Shown here one piece after another: positions 1 to 14,060 of a stretch of DNA of 64,000 bases. The stretch covers positions 3,376,722 to 3,440,721 of the forward strand of contig CAVNZM010000013.1 in NCBI GenBank assembly GCA_963693365.1. The letters are read 5' to 3'. This DNA comes from Amoebidium appalachense. Taxonomy: Eukaryota > Protista > Ichthyosporea. A model generated the notes under the pieces. It ran no database searches. It was not told the DNA's origin and was given only the letters and a program-made list of their open reading frames with translations. The translations under genes and the position numbers were made by a program. Numbering within the stretch: the stretch's first letter is position 1; the number at the start of each line of letters is the position of its first letter.

Positions 1-666
1 GGTGCTACAGGGCATGTTTAAGGACTAAGCGTTCAGATTATGAACCTACGGGTGTCTGCTACACTGGCTGGCAATGTGACCACTTTAGACTTTTTGTTGA
101 ATTCTGTTGGTCGTCACATTGAGTATTTATATGATTTTCACACAGTGTTCAGGTATCTCAGTATGCACTTGTTACTGGATAACCGTTCGTGAAGTTTTTT
201 AATAAAACCGAGTCAAAAGAAGTTTTTTTTATTGTCTTCTCAGTATGCCGTGCATACTTGCATATCTTTCCGTCGAATAAATCCAGTCAAAAGAAAAACA
301 TTCATGTCTTTTTGATCAAATTTCCTATAAGAGATTTGCGACCCCCAAAGAGTTTAGGGAGTTTGGGGGTTATGGGGGACCGACCCGGCCATCCACGTGC
401 ACCTGGCTCACGGCGCTGCAGCTGAAATGTTGAAATCTCCGCACGGATGGTATAACGGACCAATCCCGACTTTGACCATATATGGTCAATGTCTTGCAAA
501 TTTGTCTGGCAGGTGAGTCGTTAAGACATGTATATTCCTAAGATTTTTTTTGACGATTATTCTACTAGCCTACAGTTGAATTAGGCTTTACATGGCAACC
601 CTTCTCCCCGGGGCTGCTTCTCCAGTCAATAATTGATGGATAACTCGGATCTACGGTGATCACTAA

Positions 667-718
667 GCGCGCCAAAATCCGACCAATCACCTGAGAGCGC
701 ACCAAATTATCATTTGAA
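667..718. promoter_or_regulatory. E2F-like GCGCGCCAAAA, CCAAT box and CHR-like TTTGAA cluster
   Basis: GCGCGCCAAAA 667-677, CCAAT 683-687 and TTTGAA 713-718, upstream of the CotH ATG. Target gene unclear; it may be a divergent gene off the left edge. Confidence 0.35.
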
Positions 719-1091
719 TTTATCCAAGCCTTTCAGTCCAAGGTTGCCAACTTGTGAACGAAAAGCAAATAAAGTCACCTGCATAGGACGATGTTAAACT
801 CACTTTCTCACTTCTTCCGCATCACGATCTCCGTCGGTTGCATTACAGTATATATATTATATATAATTATAGTCTCAACAGTACAGTGGAATCTCTTGAA
901 ATTACAAGGGTGCGTAATCGACCAATCAGATCAAGGAATAGAATTCAATAAATTTCGTCCCGTTAGCCCCTACTTATGCCGCCCTCCATGGCAATTGTTG
1001 GAACCATTTTTCAGCTGCCTTCGTCTTCTGTGCGAGCAGCCATGCACTCAAAACACGACCAATTCCATCACACACATATTACACACACAAA

Positions 1092-2842
1092 ATGGCTACG
1101 AATAATGATTTTAGCACCACCACCGAGCTACTCAAAGGCCAACCCAACCCAGGCCCGTGGTATCGTCAACGACGCTACCAAATAGGTGCGTGTGTGGGTG
1201 TCGTAGCGTTAGCCGCAGCAGTTGCGGTGCCGTGCGCACTGCTGCTTAGGAATAAAATCGAGTCGTCTTCAAAAATTAGCGACTCGTCCGTCATCAACGA
1301 TAAACCAGCGGGGGACCAAAACATCACAGGTGTGGTAGTTGTGGACCCGAATTCGAATGGTGGAGACGATCTGAAACCTGTCTGCGGCGAGAGCGAGGGG
1401 AGGAATTCCGTGGTTATCAACGAGGTGTGGGTGGGCAAGCCACAGGAATGGGTGGAGTTGCGCAACACAAACACAGACTGCGACGTGCCGCTTGACGCCT
1501 GGGCCCTGCGCGATTCAAATCCCGCACACGCACCTCTCGGCTTCAAGGGGCCCTGTGGCCGCCTGCCTGCGGGGGGATACCTTGTTGTGGGCAGGGGCAA
1601 GGGCGAGTGCATGTTCGACTTTGGGCTGTCAGACAAGAGTGAATCGGTACTGCTCTACGCACAGGGCACGCTTTTGGCCAACGTCACGTGGTCACAGAAG
1701 ATTCCAGATGACGCCAGCTACGCACGCAACAACGACGGCACATATGCCCCCACCCTCACAGTCACTAAGGGTGGCCCCAACACGGCAAAGGCACCGCCCC
1801 CCTTCGACTTCTACCGCACCTACCCCATTGCTGACCCACCCTCCGCCTATGGCCCGAACGTGTCATGGAACACCGTGGATGATTTGGAAATCAAAACGTG
1901 GGACACCCCCACGGCAAAATGGGCCGACATGTACAACCAACCGCGCCACCTGGGAAACTCTACACCAACCATCTCGATTCGCGCGTGCATTCGCTCGAAA
2001 GACTATCCGTCAGATCTGTCCAAACCATGCGGAAAGATTGGGGTAAGAGGTGCATCCGCGCGTCTGTCCAGAACGAAATCTTTCAACATCAAATTGGACA
2101 AAGATGCGCCGTTAGGCAAATGGCGAGGAACACGAAAGCTTATCCTCTCCCGTTCCCCGTATGACGTGAGCAAGTTAAAGCACGTGCTTGGCTACGAGCT
2201 GGTCAGACCCATTCCAAATATGGTGAGCCTCGGTGCAAATTTCGTCAATGTGAAACTGAACGGGACAAACTGGGGACTGTACACCATTATCGAAGATCCG
2301 GACGACAACATGTTAAAGAACCACGGCTTCGACAAGAATGGCTTCTTCCTAAAAGCAAAAGACTTCTCGTACATTTCCCACGAGAGCACGTGGCCCGCCA
2401 CATCTGATTGGTTGGACGCACTCACGCAAGAAGATGACGACATTTGGTATCGAAAAATCCGGAATCTAACTTCGGCGCTAGAAAAATCTGTATGGGATGA
2501 AAACAACAAAGAGTTCTACCGCCTCTTTAACAACTACTTCCATGTGGAGAACTTTGTCACGTTCATGGCTACGTCTGTTCTGTTGAGCAACCACGACATC
2601 ATGAACCAGAATTTTTTGCTGTATTCGCCACACAACGCACAAAGGTAAATTGCTTGTGATTTATCCTACCCCACCCTCACGTACTTGCGTATGCATGTGT
2701 GTGTGTGCCCCTGCGTGCACAGCGTACGAATGCTTTTGTCTGTGATGAAAGGGACGGTACGAACATACAGACATGCACACACGCACACGAGCACATACGC
2801 ACACAAGCACACACGCAAACACGCAAACACATGCGCGCACAC

Positions 2843-2876
<34 letters not shown>

Positions 2877-3730
2877 ACACACACGCTCCTCACATGCACG
2901 CACACACGAAAGGAGAACTTGAAAAAAACATGGCATGTCCTATTTAAAAACACACAAAATACACCAAAAATGCAATGAATGCATGAAAAAGGATGCCATT
3001 ACAAGCCTTCCCACAAGAAAGTGACCGCATGCATGCACACAAGCTTTTTGCGGCACGCAAAATAAACCAGACATGCAAAAAACCCCCCACACGGGAAAAA
3101 AAAAAGGGGGGGGGGGGGATCTCGCGTCACGCATAAAGTGATACACACAAAAAGACACCATGCTTGCATACAAAGGTTCGTTAAGAAAAAAATGCCAAGC
3201 ATGCATTGGATTACACAGCCACCAAAACAAACAAACAAAAAAATAAATAAAAAAACGAAAAGTTGATGATAACCACTACACTGGCATCTGTATTAGTTAG
3301 CACAGAGGCACACAGCACACTCACACCCTGGCATCTCTCCTGTAAAGCTTTCAGGCCTCACATGACATTTAAAGTGCGTGCCATCATCAATCAAACGGTC
3401 TCGAGGCCCCGACTCTCATGCCTTTTTTCCAAAATTCCTGACCATCCATTCCCCCTCCCCCCCCCCTCCCCCCCCCCCCCCCCCCCCCCCCCCCCCTTCT
3501 CCAAAAAAAAAAAAAAACCATCCCCCCCCCCCCCTCCCCCCCTCCCCCCTCCCCCCCCCCCCCCACACACACACACTCACACACGCACTATGAATCCACC
3601 CTCCCCCACCCTCCGAGGCCACCCACAACCACCCACCTATACCCCCCCCCCCCCCCCCCCTCCCCCTTCCCCTCACCCCCTCCCCCTACTTTCTCTCCCC
3701 TTCCCCCTCCCCCCCCCTGCCCCCCGCCCT

Positions 3731-3774
<44 letters not shown>

Positions 3775-4252
3775 AAAAAAACAAAAAAAAAAAACAAAAA
3801 AAAAACCATCACCCACCCTCCTCCACCCACATCTACAGGTGGTCTGTGTTCCTCTGGGATCTCGACGGTGCCTTTGATTTTTGCGCAATGGAGTCGCAGC
3901 GAGGAAACGGAGAGAAACTCAAACCATGGTGCGCAGAAATCAGCGAAAAGGGGCTCTTTTTCAATTTTCAGCTAGGGAGGGGTTACAACCTTCTGTACAA
4001 ACAGCTGATTGGTGTGGACGGGTTTGTGCAAAGAGTGGTGGCCAGGGCCCGTGAGCTGACGTCACCGGATGGTCCCTTGAGCCCTGAAAGGTGCTCGCAG
4101 GTATGCGTGTCACGCTAATTGACATGCATGTGATAGCATGACCTGACTAGAAAATTACATCGGCTTGATGATGTCGACCTGTGCGCACATTTATTAGTCT
4201 CCACGGTAGCAGGGGGGAGGGAGCCTGAGGGGGGAGGGGGAAGGGGGAAAGG

Positions 4253-4289
<37 letters not shown>

Positions 4290-5002
4290 AAGATAAGTAA
4301 GGTGATCAGTGGGGAGACTGGGGCGGTAGAAATGTGGGGAGAGGGGGGGGGGGGGGGGAGGGGGAATCAGGGAGCGGGGAGCGGGAAGGAGGGGGGGGGG
4401 GGGGGTGGAGGGGAGGCCGGGGGGGGGGGGGGGGGGGGGGGGGGGTTAGCTTATTTCTTTTTATTAGTGGCCCAAGGAAAAGGCGGGAAGGGGGAGGACA
4501 ACTTAGGGGTGTGTGTGGGGGGGGGGGGGGGGGGGGGGGGGAGGGAGGGAGGGGAGGGCTGGAAGGAGTGGAATGATTGGGGGTGCAAAGTGAGGGTAAC
4601 AGGGGCAGAGACATGGAGGAGGGGGAGGAAGGGGAGGGGGAGAGGACGACGGAGGGGGTGTTGGGGGGAGGGGAGGGGGGGGGGGGGGGGGGGGGGGGGG
4701 GAGGAGGGGCTGGAAGGAGTGGAATGGGATTGGGAGTGCACAAACTTCTGGTATCCTTAGTGACCAAGAAGAAGCCCTTCTTTTCTCGACCAGGAGGAGG
4801 GGGGGGGGGGGGGGGGGGTTGGATGGCACTTAGAAGGGTGGAGTGGGGGTAACAGGGGCAGAGGCATGGAGGAGGGGGGAAGGGTGGGGGCAGATGGGGA
4901 GAGGAGGGGGAGGGGGGTTCCGGAGGGGTTATTGCGGCGCCGGGCCAGCCAAGTAGCGGTTCAGCATATAATCGCCTGCTACAAACCTCCCCCCCCTCCC
5001 CC

Positions 5003-5041
<39 letters not shown>

Positions 5042-5497
5042 AAAAACCCCTAAAAAGAAAGAAAGAAAGAAAGAAAGAAATTCGACCCCATACAACAAAC
5101 ACCAGACCCACAAAATGCACCATCACAACGATTCCCCCCTCCCCGCCATCACTTGCTCACAACCAAACCGTTGTAGCTCTAAGACAGGAAAAAAATATAG
5201 CGTAAAATTTGAATGGCAAGGGTTAGACACCTGATATTCCACCAATCACTTCAGGTTCTCCAAAAGCTGGCCAATCGCATCAAACCATACATGCAGCAGA
5301 GGCCAGCCATGGGCTACGGCACACCGATTAAGGAGTGGCAGGCCGAGATCGATCGCATGGACCAGTTTTTGCGGAACATGATGCCCCGATTAGAGTCACG
5401 TGACCTGGGGGGCTGGCTGGCACACGGCAAGGTCACGGCATCAAAATGGCCGTGCCCAGAGGGGGTGGTGGCAGATTGGTGTGTGGGGTCTAAATAG
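1092..5497 (+). CDS. Type-II membrane protein with lamin-tail domain (LTD) and CotH-family kinase; exons 1092-2644, 3839-4100, 5255-5497; about 685 aa
   Basis: N-terminal TM ([22 protein letters not shown]). LTD motifs VVINEV...EWVELRN...[12 protein letters not shown]...SYAR. CotH motifs [41 protein letters not shown], and FLWDLDGAF in exon 2. Junctions AG|GTAAAT..CTACAG|G (phase 2) and CAG|GTATGC..TTCAG|GTT (phase 0) keep the frame open to TAG at 5495-5497. Confidence 0.9.
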
Positions 5498-6525
5498 GGG
5501 TTGGGCGTGTGCATGGGGGCTATAATAGGGGTTAGGGGTGTGTATGGGGGATACTAATGGTTTATGTGTTTAGGGCATAAATAGCGGTCATCACTATGCC
5601 GTGGGGGGCTAAATATAGGTTAGGTTACATGAATTTAGAGTGTGTGGGTTGTGCATTCAAGCCTTGAATGTGTGTGGGCGGTACTAGTGAGGTAGGGGTT
5701 AAGCCTCAGTGTGTGGGTGCCAACTTGAGGTAACTGTTTAGGTGTTGACTTAGGATTTAATGGGCCCCAGCGTGCGCGCAACGAGTAGGGGTTAACGTTA
5801 CCGGTTCAGAACTTCGGACTGAATACTTATGATTCAAGATTTTTCAACCGACAAATAATAACATGCGTAATTCAAAATGATACAAAAGTACACACGAGAA
5901 TACTAACTTGAAATGATTGAGGCCTACCGCATGAACTTTAATTACGTGACTCAATAGTATTATCCGATGATGATTCCGGAATGATTGTTTGCGGCACTAC
6001 TGAACACTATTGAAATATATTAGGGACAAACCAATGAGCTCCCGGCCACGGTGACGGTGGGCATGGTCCGAGTTAGTATATCTTGATCATTGGGGATGCT
6101 TTTGGGGGGAGGGGGGAGGGAGGGGGAGGGGGGGGGGGATCGAGGGAGGCCCTGGTTGAATAGGGAGGGAGGGAGGGAGGGAGAAGCTTGGGGGGGGGGG
6201 GGGGGGGGGGGGGGAGTCGGGGATTCGCTGCAAGCCAATCGTGCTCAAACTTAACTGGGCAAGCCTTCTGTATACGTAATAATCAATTGAAAGTACTACG
6301 GTACATAATGAAGATCATCATTCCCTAACTCTTCAGTGACTTCCAACCTTGTTTTTAAAGGTGACCTTAAGCGCAAATGCCATATAACTAAAAAAAGTTG
6401 AACCCTCGATCATCACCTTGACGTCTACTCAGAAAAATGCCAGTGATGACTGTGGCCGGACAATCTGAGAACGGAGTCACGATAGCTGATTTCCTGTGCC
6501 ACCGGGGGGTAGGGGGAGGGATGCT

Positions 6526-6557
<32 letters not shown>

Positions 6558-6571
6558 GGGCGGGTCCCGGT

Positions 6572-6602
<31 letters not shown>

Positions 6603-6618
6603 GGGAGGGCGGGTCCCG

Positions 6619-6649
<31 letters not shown>

Positions 6650-6669
6650 GGGGAGGCCAGCGATTGCCA

Positions 6670-8420
6670 TGGCCCCCGGGCATATCCGGAAGCCCCCCTC
6701 CCCCCAGCCCAGGCATTTCCGGAACCTCCCTCCCCCCCCCCCCCCCCCCCCCCCCCCTGCCCCTCCCCTCCCCGAAGTTTTGAGGAAGAACCACGCTAAG
6801 CGTTTCCAGAACTTCATCCGCCTCTCAGGCCCCAGAGCTTTCAAGAATCCCACCCCTCCCTCCCTTCCCCAAAAATTTCCGTAATCCCCCCCCCCCCCCT
6901 CCCCCCCCCCTCCCCCAGACTCTTCATGTATCCCCACCCCCTCCCTTCCCCAGAAATTTCTGTAATCCCCTCCCCCTCCCCCAGCATTTCCAGAAGCCCT
7001 CCCCCCCAAACCCCTTACTTAGGCATTCCATAAGAATCTCCCCCTACCCTGTCCAGTCATTTCCAGAGGGACTTCACTTTCACTTCGATCTCTTGGCTGT
7101 CACGTCAACTTTTTTCCCCGATTCTTCACCATGACAGGTATATAAAGGCTTTCGCTTCTTCTTTTTGTGGTGGGAGGGAGTCCCACTCTGGGGAACGTGA
7201 CTGCAGCGTGTGTGTGGTGTAGCCTGGTGTATTCCTACTGCTGTGAGAGTGTGGGGGCATCTCCCTTTCGCGGAGTTTCTCGCTTGAGAAGTGGTTTCTT
7301 CAACGCCTGGTGGTCCACTGCAACCTATGGTAACTTCTACACGCTGTCTACGCTTCTACCCGACCTATTGGCGGTGGGCTGCTGCAACTTCTTCAGCTAC
7401 TTCTGCGCTGCGTGAGTGGAGGGGCGGCTACTTGGTCGTCGAGGAGCTTTCCAAGTGACTGCCAGTCCTTAGCCTCCAGTCGTATGGCAATGACCGGGCT
7501 TGCTTGCATGCATTCTGTAGTTGTGTTTTTCTGTGTGTCCTGCCACAACTAGGCCACCTTATCAGAGAGCTAGATGCAGTTTCTCCGGGTTATCTAGGGG
7601 CCGGGCCCGTTGGGATTGTTTTTTAGCTCAGATTTGGTCTGCATTGCTCTTTCAGAGGCTGACTTGCTTGCTGCATGCCTCGGTAGGTTTTGAGGGGGGC
7701 CTGTTGGGAAGGAGCAGTAATGATGTCTTCTTGCGGAGTGTGGTCTGGTCATCATCGATGCATATGACTAGTTGAAGCAAACTAGTTTCACGCATACACG
7801 TACACTTACGGTTTTGCCTGCTGGTGTCCTTTGTCACTTGTCGCTTTATTTTTATTTCTTAGCTTTTTCAGTTCTATTGGTGGTTATGTAGCCTGTGGCT
7901 GCACGTTGCCTTCATCAACGGATCAATAAACCCGAGTTAAAAGAAGAAAAAAGAAGGAACCCCCTATCTTACTAAGGCCTACCATAAGAAACCCCCCCCC
8001 CCCCCCCCCCCCCCCAACCCTACCCTACCCAGACATTTCCAGAAGCCGCCCCTATTACCATACCCAGGCATTTCCATAAGAACGCCAGCACCCTACCCCG
8101 CTACCCAGACATTTACAGAACTTAGAACCCTCCCCCCCCCCCCCTCTTATCCAGGCATTTCCATAAGAACCCCTCCCACCCAACCCTACCCCGACATTTC
8201 CAGAAGAATCCCCCCCCCCCCCCCCCATCTTACCCAGGCATTTCCATAAGACCCCCCCCCCTACCCTACCCAGGGGCTTTTGGAAGACCCCCCCCCTCTC
8301 TTGCCCAGGCATTTTCATAAGAACCCCCCTAACCCTACCCAGGCATCTCCAGAAGAAACCCCCTTCCCCAAAAAGGTTTTCCAGAAGAACCCCACCACCT
8401 TCACCAGGCTTTTTTTAGAA
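6670..8420. repeat. Degenerate 33-40 bp minisatellite (CCCTACCCAGGCATTTCCAGAAGAACCCCC), split into two blocks by an insertion
   Basis: The unit CCAGGCATTTCCA(G/T)AAGAA recurs many times in about 6670-7070 and 7960-8420. Confidence 0.8.
7071..7957 (+). mobile_element. Probable decayed, 5'-truncated non-LTR retroelement inserted in the minisatellite
   Basis: A unique block of about 890 bp interrupts the satellite. It ends in short hairpins (TGTAGCC-TGT-GGCTGCA; CGTTG-N7-CAACG), AATAAA and an A-rich tail. One broken frame reads DCSVCVV*PGVFLLL*EC, loosely like a LINE C-terminal zinc knuckle. Confidence 0.4.
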
Positions 8421-9284
8421 GAATGAAGAAAGAAGTGAAGCCCAGCATTCATAACTTGAAAAAATGCCTCCCTCCCCCCCCCCCCCCCCCCCGTCCTCCC
8501 CCTCCCCTCTGTCCCCCCTCTCCTCCCCCCCTCCCCCCCCCTCCTGCCCTGGAGCACGTGACCTTCGGTTCCACACTAAAGTGTAGGGGAACTGTAGCGG
8601 TTGACGTCTGCACCAGATGATCATAGTAAAGGGCCTAGGGAACTTCAAGAATAAAATCATCTTCATACTTCAGAGATGATATTCAATCCAGCACCTTTGA
8701 ATTAGTAACCATCAGCAACCTCCCCCTCCCCCCTCCCCCCGCCCCCCCCCCCCCCCCCCCCCCCCCCGCCCCCGGCCTCCCTCCCATGGGTCTTTCTCTC
8801 GATGCTCGTGGCTCCTCCTCCTCCCCCTTCCCCACCCCTCCCCTCCAAGCGACCGGTTGCACTCCCTTCCCGCCCCCTCGGGGGCCCATGGCCACGGGCC
8901 CCCCGGGCCCCTCCCTCCGAAGCCCCTACGGGGGTCATTCAGGCCTGGATCATGATCTGGGTTAAGAAATTCATCTATCAGTAAGATAAATCACGGTACT
9001 CGATTTTTGAAAAAATATTAAGATTCTATGGGCTCACAAGGCTGGGGGGAAAATAAGATACCCCGCCGGCCCCTTCGGGGGGAGGGGGGCCCCCCAGGGG
9101 AGGGGGGGGGGGGGGGGGGGACTCATGGTGGCTTCCGAAGTTCCATACTAGCCGGGCTGTACACAACAAATCAGGTGCAGTCGCTGAGGTCATATTTCTT
9201 TTCTGAATAGCTTGAACTTTAACTTAGTGGGGAAAAAGTTTAGCTTCATTACCAACCAATAGACCGAAGAAGTCACAGTGTGTG

Positions 9285-9372
<88 letters not shown>

Positions 9373-9911
9373 GTGTGTCACGTGTGTGTGTGTGTGTGTG
9401 GGTGTGTGTGTGTGCGCGCGTGTGCGCCACCCGGCAGCTAAGGAAGAGTGTACTATTAACGGCTGCCGCACCGTTAACGGGGTCGCGGTGCCCGGACACG
9501 TGCCACTTAACAACAATCCCCTAACCACCTCTCTGTGCGAAAATGTGTGCATAACCTGGTTGTCACATGTGTATATAATATTATGGATTTTGTGAGTTGA
9601 AGTTGCCACTGGGTGTGTTTGTGTGGCCCGTGTGGTGATGTGTGTATGTGCGTGCATCACAATGTGTGTGTGCAGTGCCTTCAAGTGCGTCGCGAGGCAA
9701 GGTATACTGTCCATGTCACGGGGTGCACGGTGTGTGTGTTTGGAATTCAAGTTGTGTATCCACTGACTCATGGCCCCTGGCCCCCTCCCTCCATCCCCCC
9801 ATCCCCCTCCCCCTTCCCCCCCTCCAAAAAAAAAAAAAAAAAAAAAAAACACGCCCGAGAAAGGAAAAACAAAAAGGAGCACCTCTCGCAGCCCAGAGAA
9901 ATGACCCACCG

Positions 9912-9958
<47 letters not shown>

Positions 9959-10741
9959 ACCCCCACCCCACGCGCCTCCCCCCGCGCCCCTGATTATTAA
10001 TAATTATAAGTTATATTAATTAGTAGCCTACGTATACCTCATTACAGAAAGCAATTGAAAGCCATTTGTTAATAATGGATGATGGGAAAAAAGGGATTGT
10101 GTACAGGAAAATGCGACGTGGTGGTTACGCTTGGTATCTAAAAAAATCCAAATTCGATAACCTTTTAGGTATGATACGATCAAAAAAATATTATTATTAA
10201 AACGAAGGTTTAACTTAGTAACAGTTACTACTGTCAGTGTCAGGGCGACCGCAGCCTTGCACAGCTGTATTAAAGGGGGTTTATTAGCTGTCCGGGTCGG
10301 GTCGGGTCGGAGGGATTTCTAGCTATGTGATTGGCGTGCTGCGCATCAGCTGCGCACCATCGTTTTGCCAGAAGCATGTTACAGATGCGCCAAAATACAA
10401 CAAAAAGAAAAAAGAAAAGAGAGAAAAAGGAAGGAAAGAAGGGGGAAATAATAATAAAGCGTCAGGAAGAAGATTGCAGCTCCAGATTTTGATTTATATG
10501 CTGAGTAATGGCTTGACCCGGATGTGCTGGAATGAGACAATTAATCGGCCTAAAAGAAACCCCCTTTAAAGGGTAAGGCTTGTGGGGGGCCCCGGGCCGC
10601 GGTGCATGTACATGACAATGTGCCGGGCCCGGGCTCCGAAGGCCCGGTCAGGCCTGGGAGCTGAGGGAAGGGGATTCCAAATTCGAAGGGGACTCAGAAG
10701 GGGCACATGTACAGGTGAGTGAGCGGGTCACGCCGGGATAG

Positions 10742-11045
10742 TATTTTTTATTTTATTTATTTTATCACGTTTTGTTCCCGGAGGGCCTTTTCAGGCCCTC
10801 TAAGGAAACTACCGTCTTAGACTACCACACAGCACCGACAGTACACTAGTTAAGGTGCTATCTATGAGTTCAGCTAAGCTAAACCATCCTTCACAACCTA
10901 ACTATAAGTACACACTTTGCCCAGGGCTACTACCCCAGCCACGCCGGCGGGAGGCTCCAGTCCTCCCCTCCATTCAAAACCTAGCAATAAACGTTAACCG
11001 AGGGCTCTCATTGGTCGATCTACAGTATTGGGAAGTCCTAAGTGT
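10742..11045 (-). mobile_element. 3' end of a LINE/SINE-like element
   Basis: The minus strand ends AAGACGGTAGTTTCCTTA-GAGGGCC-tgaaaa-GGCCCTC-CGGGAACAAAACGTGATAAA plus an A-rich tail, the same architecture as the 41 kb element. The 5' boundary is approximate. Confidence 0.5.
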
Positions 11046-11538
11046 TTTGTATAGTATTTACGGTGGGTATGGGTGGATGATGGAGTGTGGTGGTGGTGGT
11101 GGTGGGGGGTTGCTGCCTAACATTATGTGTTGTTGTACGTATGTTGATGTTTTTGTGAACTAAAGGGTGGGTTTTACAGGGACACTGGGTCTGTGTGTGT
11201 TCCGGCAGTCAGAACAGGCTGGCCGGGTGTGTGGCCATGGGGGGGGTGTATTTGTGTGTGTCTTGGGTTTTTGGGGAGTCATACTTTTCTTTCTACGGGT
11301 GGTGGGTATACATATGGTGGTGTTTTTGCATTTTGGGGTGCGTGGGGGGGAGTGTTGTGTTCTGTGGGTGCCATATTTTTGAAAAGAAAAAGGACTGCAA
11401 CTCTACTGTGATTTTTCCTAAGATGGCCCGGGTGGTGGTCTTGGTGGCCATGGTGCCGGTGGCCGGGATAGTATGATGGTCGACGGTACCGTTTTTTCAA
11501 GGTTTTTTTTCTTTCTTTCCTTTGCAATTGTTTGTGTC

Positions 11539-11585
<47 letters not shown>

Positions 11586-14060
11586 GGGGGGGGGGGAGGA
11601 CTCTGAGGGGGGAACAGAGGTGGGGGGGAGGGCCCTTGGGCGCGGGGGGGGGGGGGGGGGGGGGGGGGGGTTCAAGCTGGAGGTGGGAGAGGGAGGGATC
11701 CTCAGGCGAGGGGAGCAATGGCCGTAACTCTACTATACCGGCGGGTAACAACGGTTGCCAGGCCTAGGGTGATAGACAATTCTCCAATAGACCAGGCGGT
11801 GCCACATCCACTCAGTGGACACAGGCTCGGGCCCGGTTTAGTGTGACTCTCCGACCGTCACTCTCGGCCTCAGTCATACCTTGCTTGCCAAATATCCCTC
11901 GCCGTGACTTTCCCCCTGCTATTGGGGACTCGCTCTTTATTCGGTGTCCTCCCGTGCACGTATAATGATTACACAATGCATGCACGCGCAAGTCGCACAC
12001 GTTGAAGCTTCGATAGAAGCTGCCGCACGGTGCGGCGGTTACTTTGGCTCATGTGCCTAATGCCTATTGGATGTTCTGAACCAATAGGAATTCGTCGGAC
12101 CGTCGGATACGTTATGACATTCACATACTTCGAGACCGAATATAGATCAGGCATGCGAGATCTTTTCGTCGTTGCCTGGACGTTCTAAGCACACAGTTAT
12201 GTAAAAAAAGGACTAAATGCCCTGTGTTTATGTGTAATGGGGTTATTTGATGCAATAATTCTGTTTCAATCAATATTATTACAATACCTTTTACCTCTGA
12301 GATCTGGATCCACATGTTGCAAGTGTTACGTCAGTGCAGGAGCCGTGCACTTTCGCGGCTTTGCCATATTTGGGTATGGCGTCATGGCTTTCTCTAATCG
12401 GATGCGGTTATTCCACGCGCCAAAATATCAGCAGCAACAGGGACTCGTGATCCGGGCACGCCGAGGTTGGTAGAATCACTGCTCTCCCCAGCTTTGTTGC
12501 CCTTATGTGTGCTGAAGTTTTTTGTTTATGGTCGGCTTTATAATAAGGCATTGCTTGGTGTCTCCAATTTCGGCACGAAAATGAAAGGGCAAACCCGCAA
12601 GATATCGGGTAGCATGTAATATATTGTTCGCGTGAACATTTTATTGCCATCGGCCACCCTCAGCACTGGTGAAAGCCCCGTGTCGGACTCACGGCCCCGC
12701 AGGCGCTGCGTGTAGGCCGGGCTTGGATAAGCCTGAGAAGTCAGATAGCAGGAAAATTAGCAAACTCAGGCCTATTGTACTGTAATGACTATTTTTGAAT
12801 ATTATATTGGAAACATGTGTGATGGCGGCACCACTGTTATGAGGGACGAGTCGTGTTACAGTTACATACACGAGCTACAGGGGACGCGTGCCCGGCGTTT
12901 CAGATGTCAGAGACGCACTGTGCACGCCTCCCGCCTGCTAGGGGCATGCGTTGCAGGCTTTCCTATTGGACGGTTATGCATGCACGTGCATGATGTGCTT
13001 TTGCACCGTTCACGCACGAATATGCCCATGGGAGAGCCAAACGACCGATGGCGTTTTCTTCCAGCGCATTCTACAACAATTAAGTACTAAAGGAGTCTAA
13101 ACACAACTTGTTAACGTTGAACCGTCGGTAATAGCAATAGACTCTTTCACAGCAATCTCCACGAAAAACATATCCGTTCCGTCTGTCTGCCACGCCAATG
13201 TGCAATGAATGTTTGAACCACCTCTTGCACCGTCGGCAAATTGGTTTGTCAAAGTTTCCAAGACCTATATGATAATTATTATGCTGTATTGAATTGCAAA
13301 GATACTGGCTGTCGAAAACGACTCATGATACACACAGAGCATGCATATATATACATGCACCAAGAGCCGGTAACACGAACACAAATGCACGAAGTGGCAT
13401 GTAACCGGTTTGTGTCAACAATCACATATGCATGTACCTTTCCCCACCGTCATTCTACTAGCACACCGTCCCCACCGTCATTCTACTAGCATACCGTCAC
13501 TACTAAGTAGAAATCCCGGCACATTGTTGCAGCGAAACATAATCAAAACACACTGCGACACAAAACCACACAATTTATTGCACAGTACGAACACACCACT
13601 GCTCAGACTGACTAAGAGTCCCTTGCCAAGTTGCTTGGGCACACACATTCGCACACATGCACTCCTCGTGATGCACTGCCACACGCACCGTGATAAGGGG
13701 GCACACATGACTTTAGTACACACAAATTGAACACACAACTTCACCAAGCACATTGCCACACACAACTTGCCAGCAGAAGCACTCTAATTTATGTAGTACA
13801 CACAAAAGACCAGATTTGATGTTGCAGTTGTTGTTACAGTAGTCGCCAGCAGGGATTAGCACCGGTGTGAGTGAATTTATCATAAATTCTACGTTTTAGA
13901 GTGGGAGGCTCCTGGCGGGTGTTTTTTCATGCTGAATTTCTTTATTCCTGGGTTGTGGCAAACATAGACATTCGAGTAATGATGTATGGAAAGCTGTTTG
14001 GTGCTAGCATCACGTAACAAACTTCATTGCGGGTTGTCGACTGATGCATACCACCCAACT

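Noticed and set aside
302-515. Possible exon of a neighbouring gene near the left edge
   Set aside because: Splice-like signals occur on both strands, but there is no recognisable protein or consistent model within the window.
5495-5800. TTAGGG/TAGGGGTT telomere-like motifs after the CotH stop
   Set aside because: Scattered and degenerate rather than a tandem array; probably G/T-rich 3' flank.
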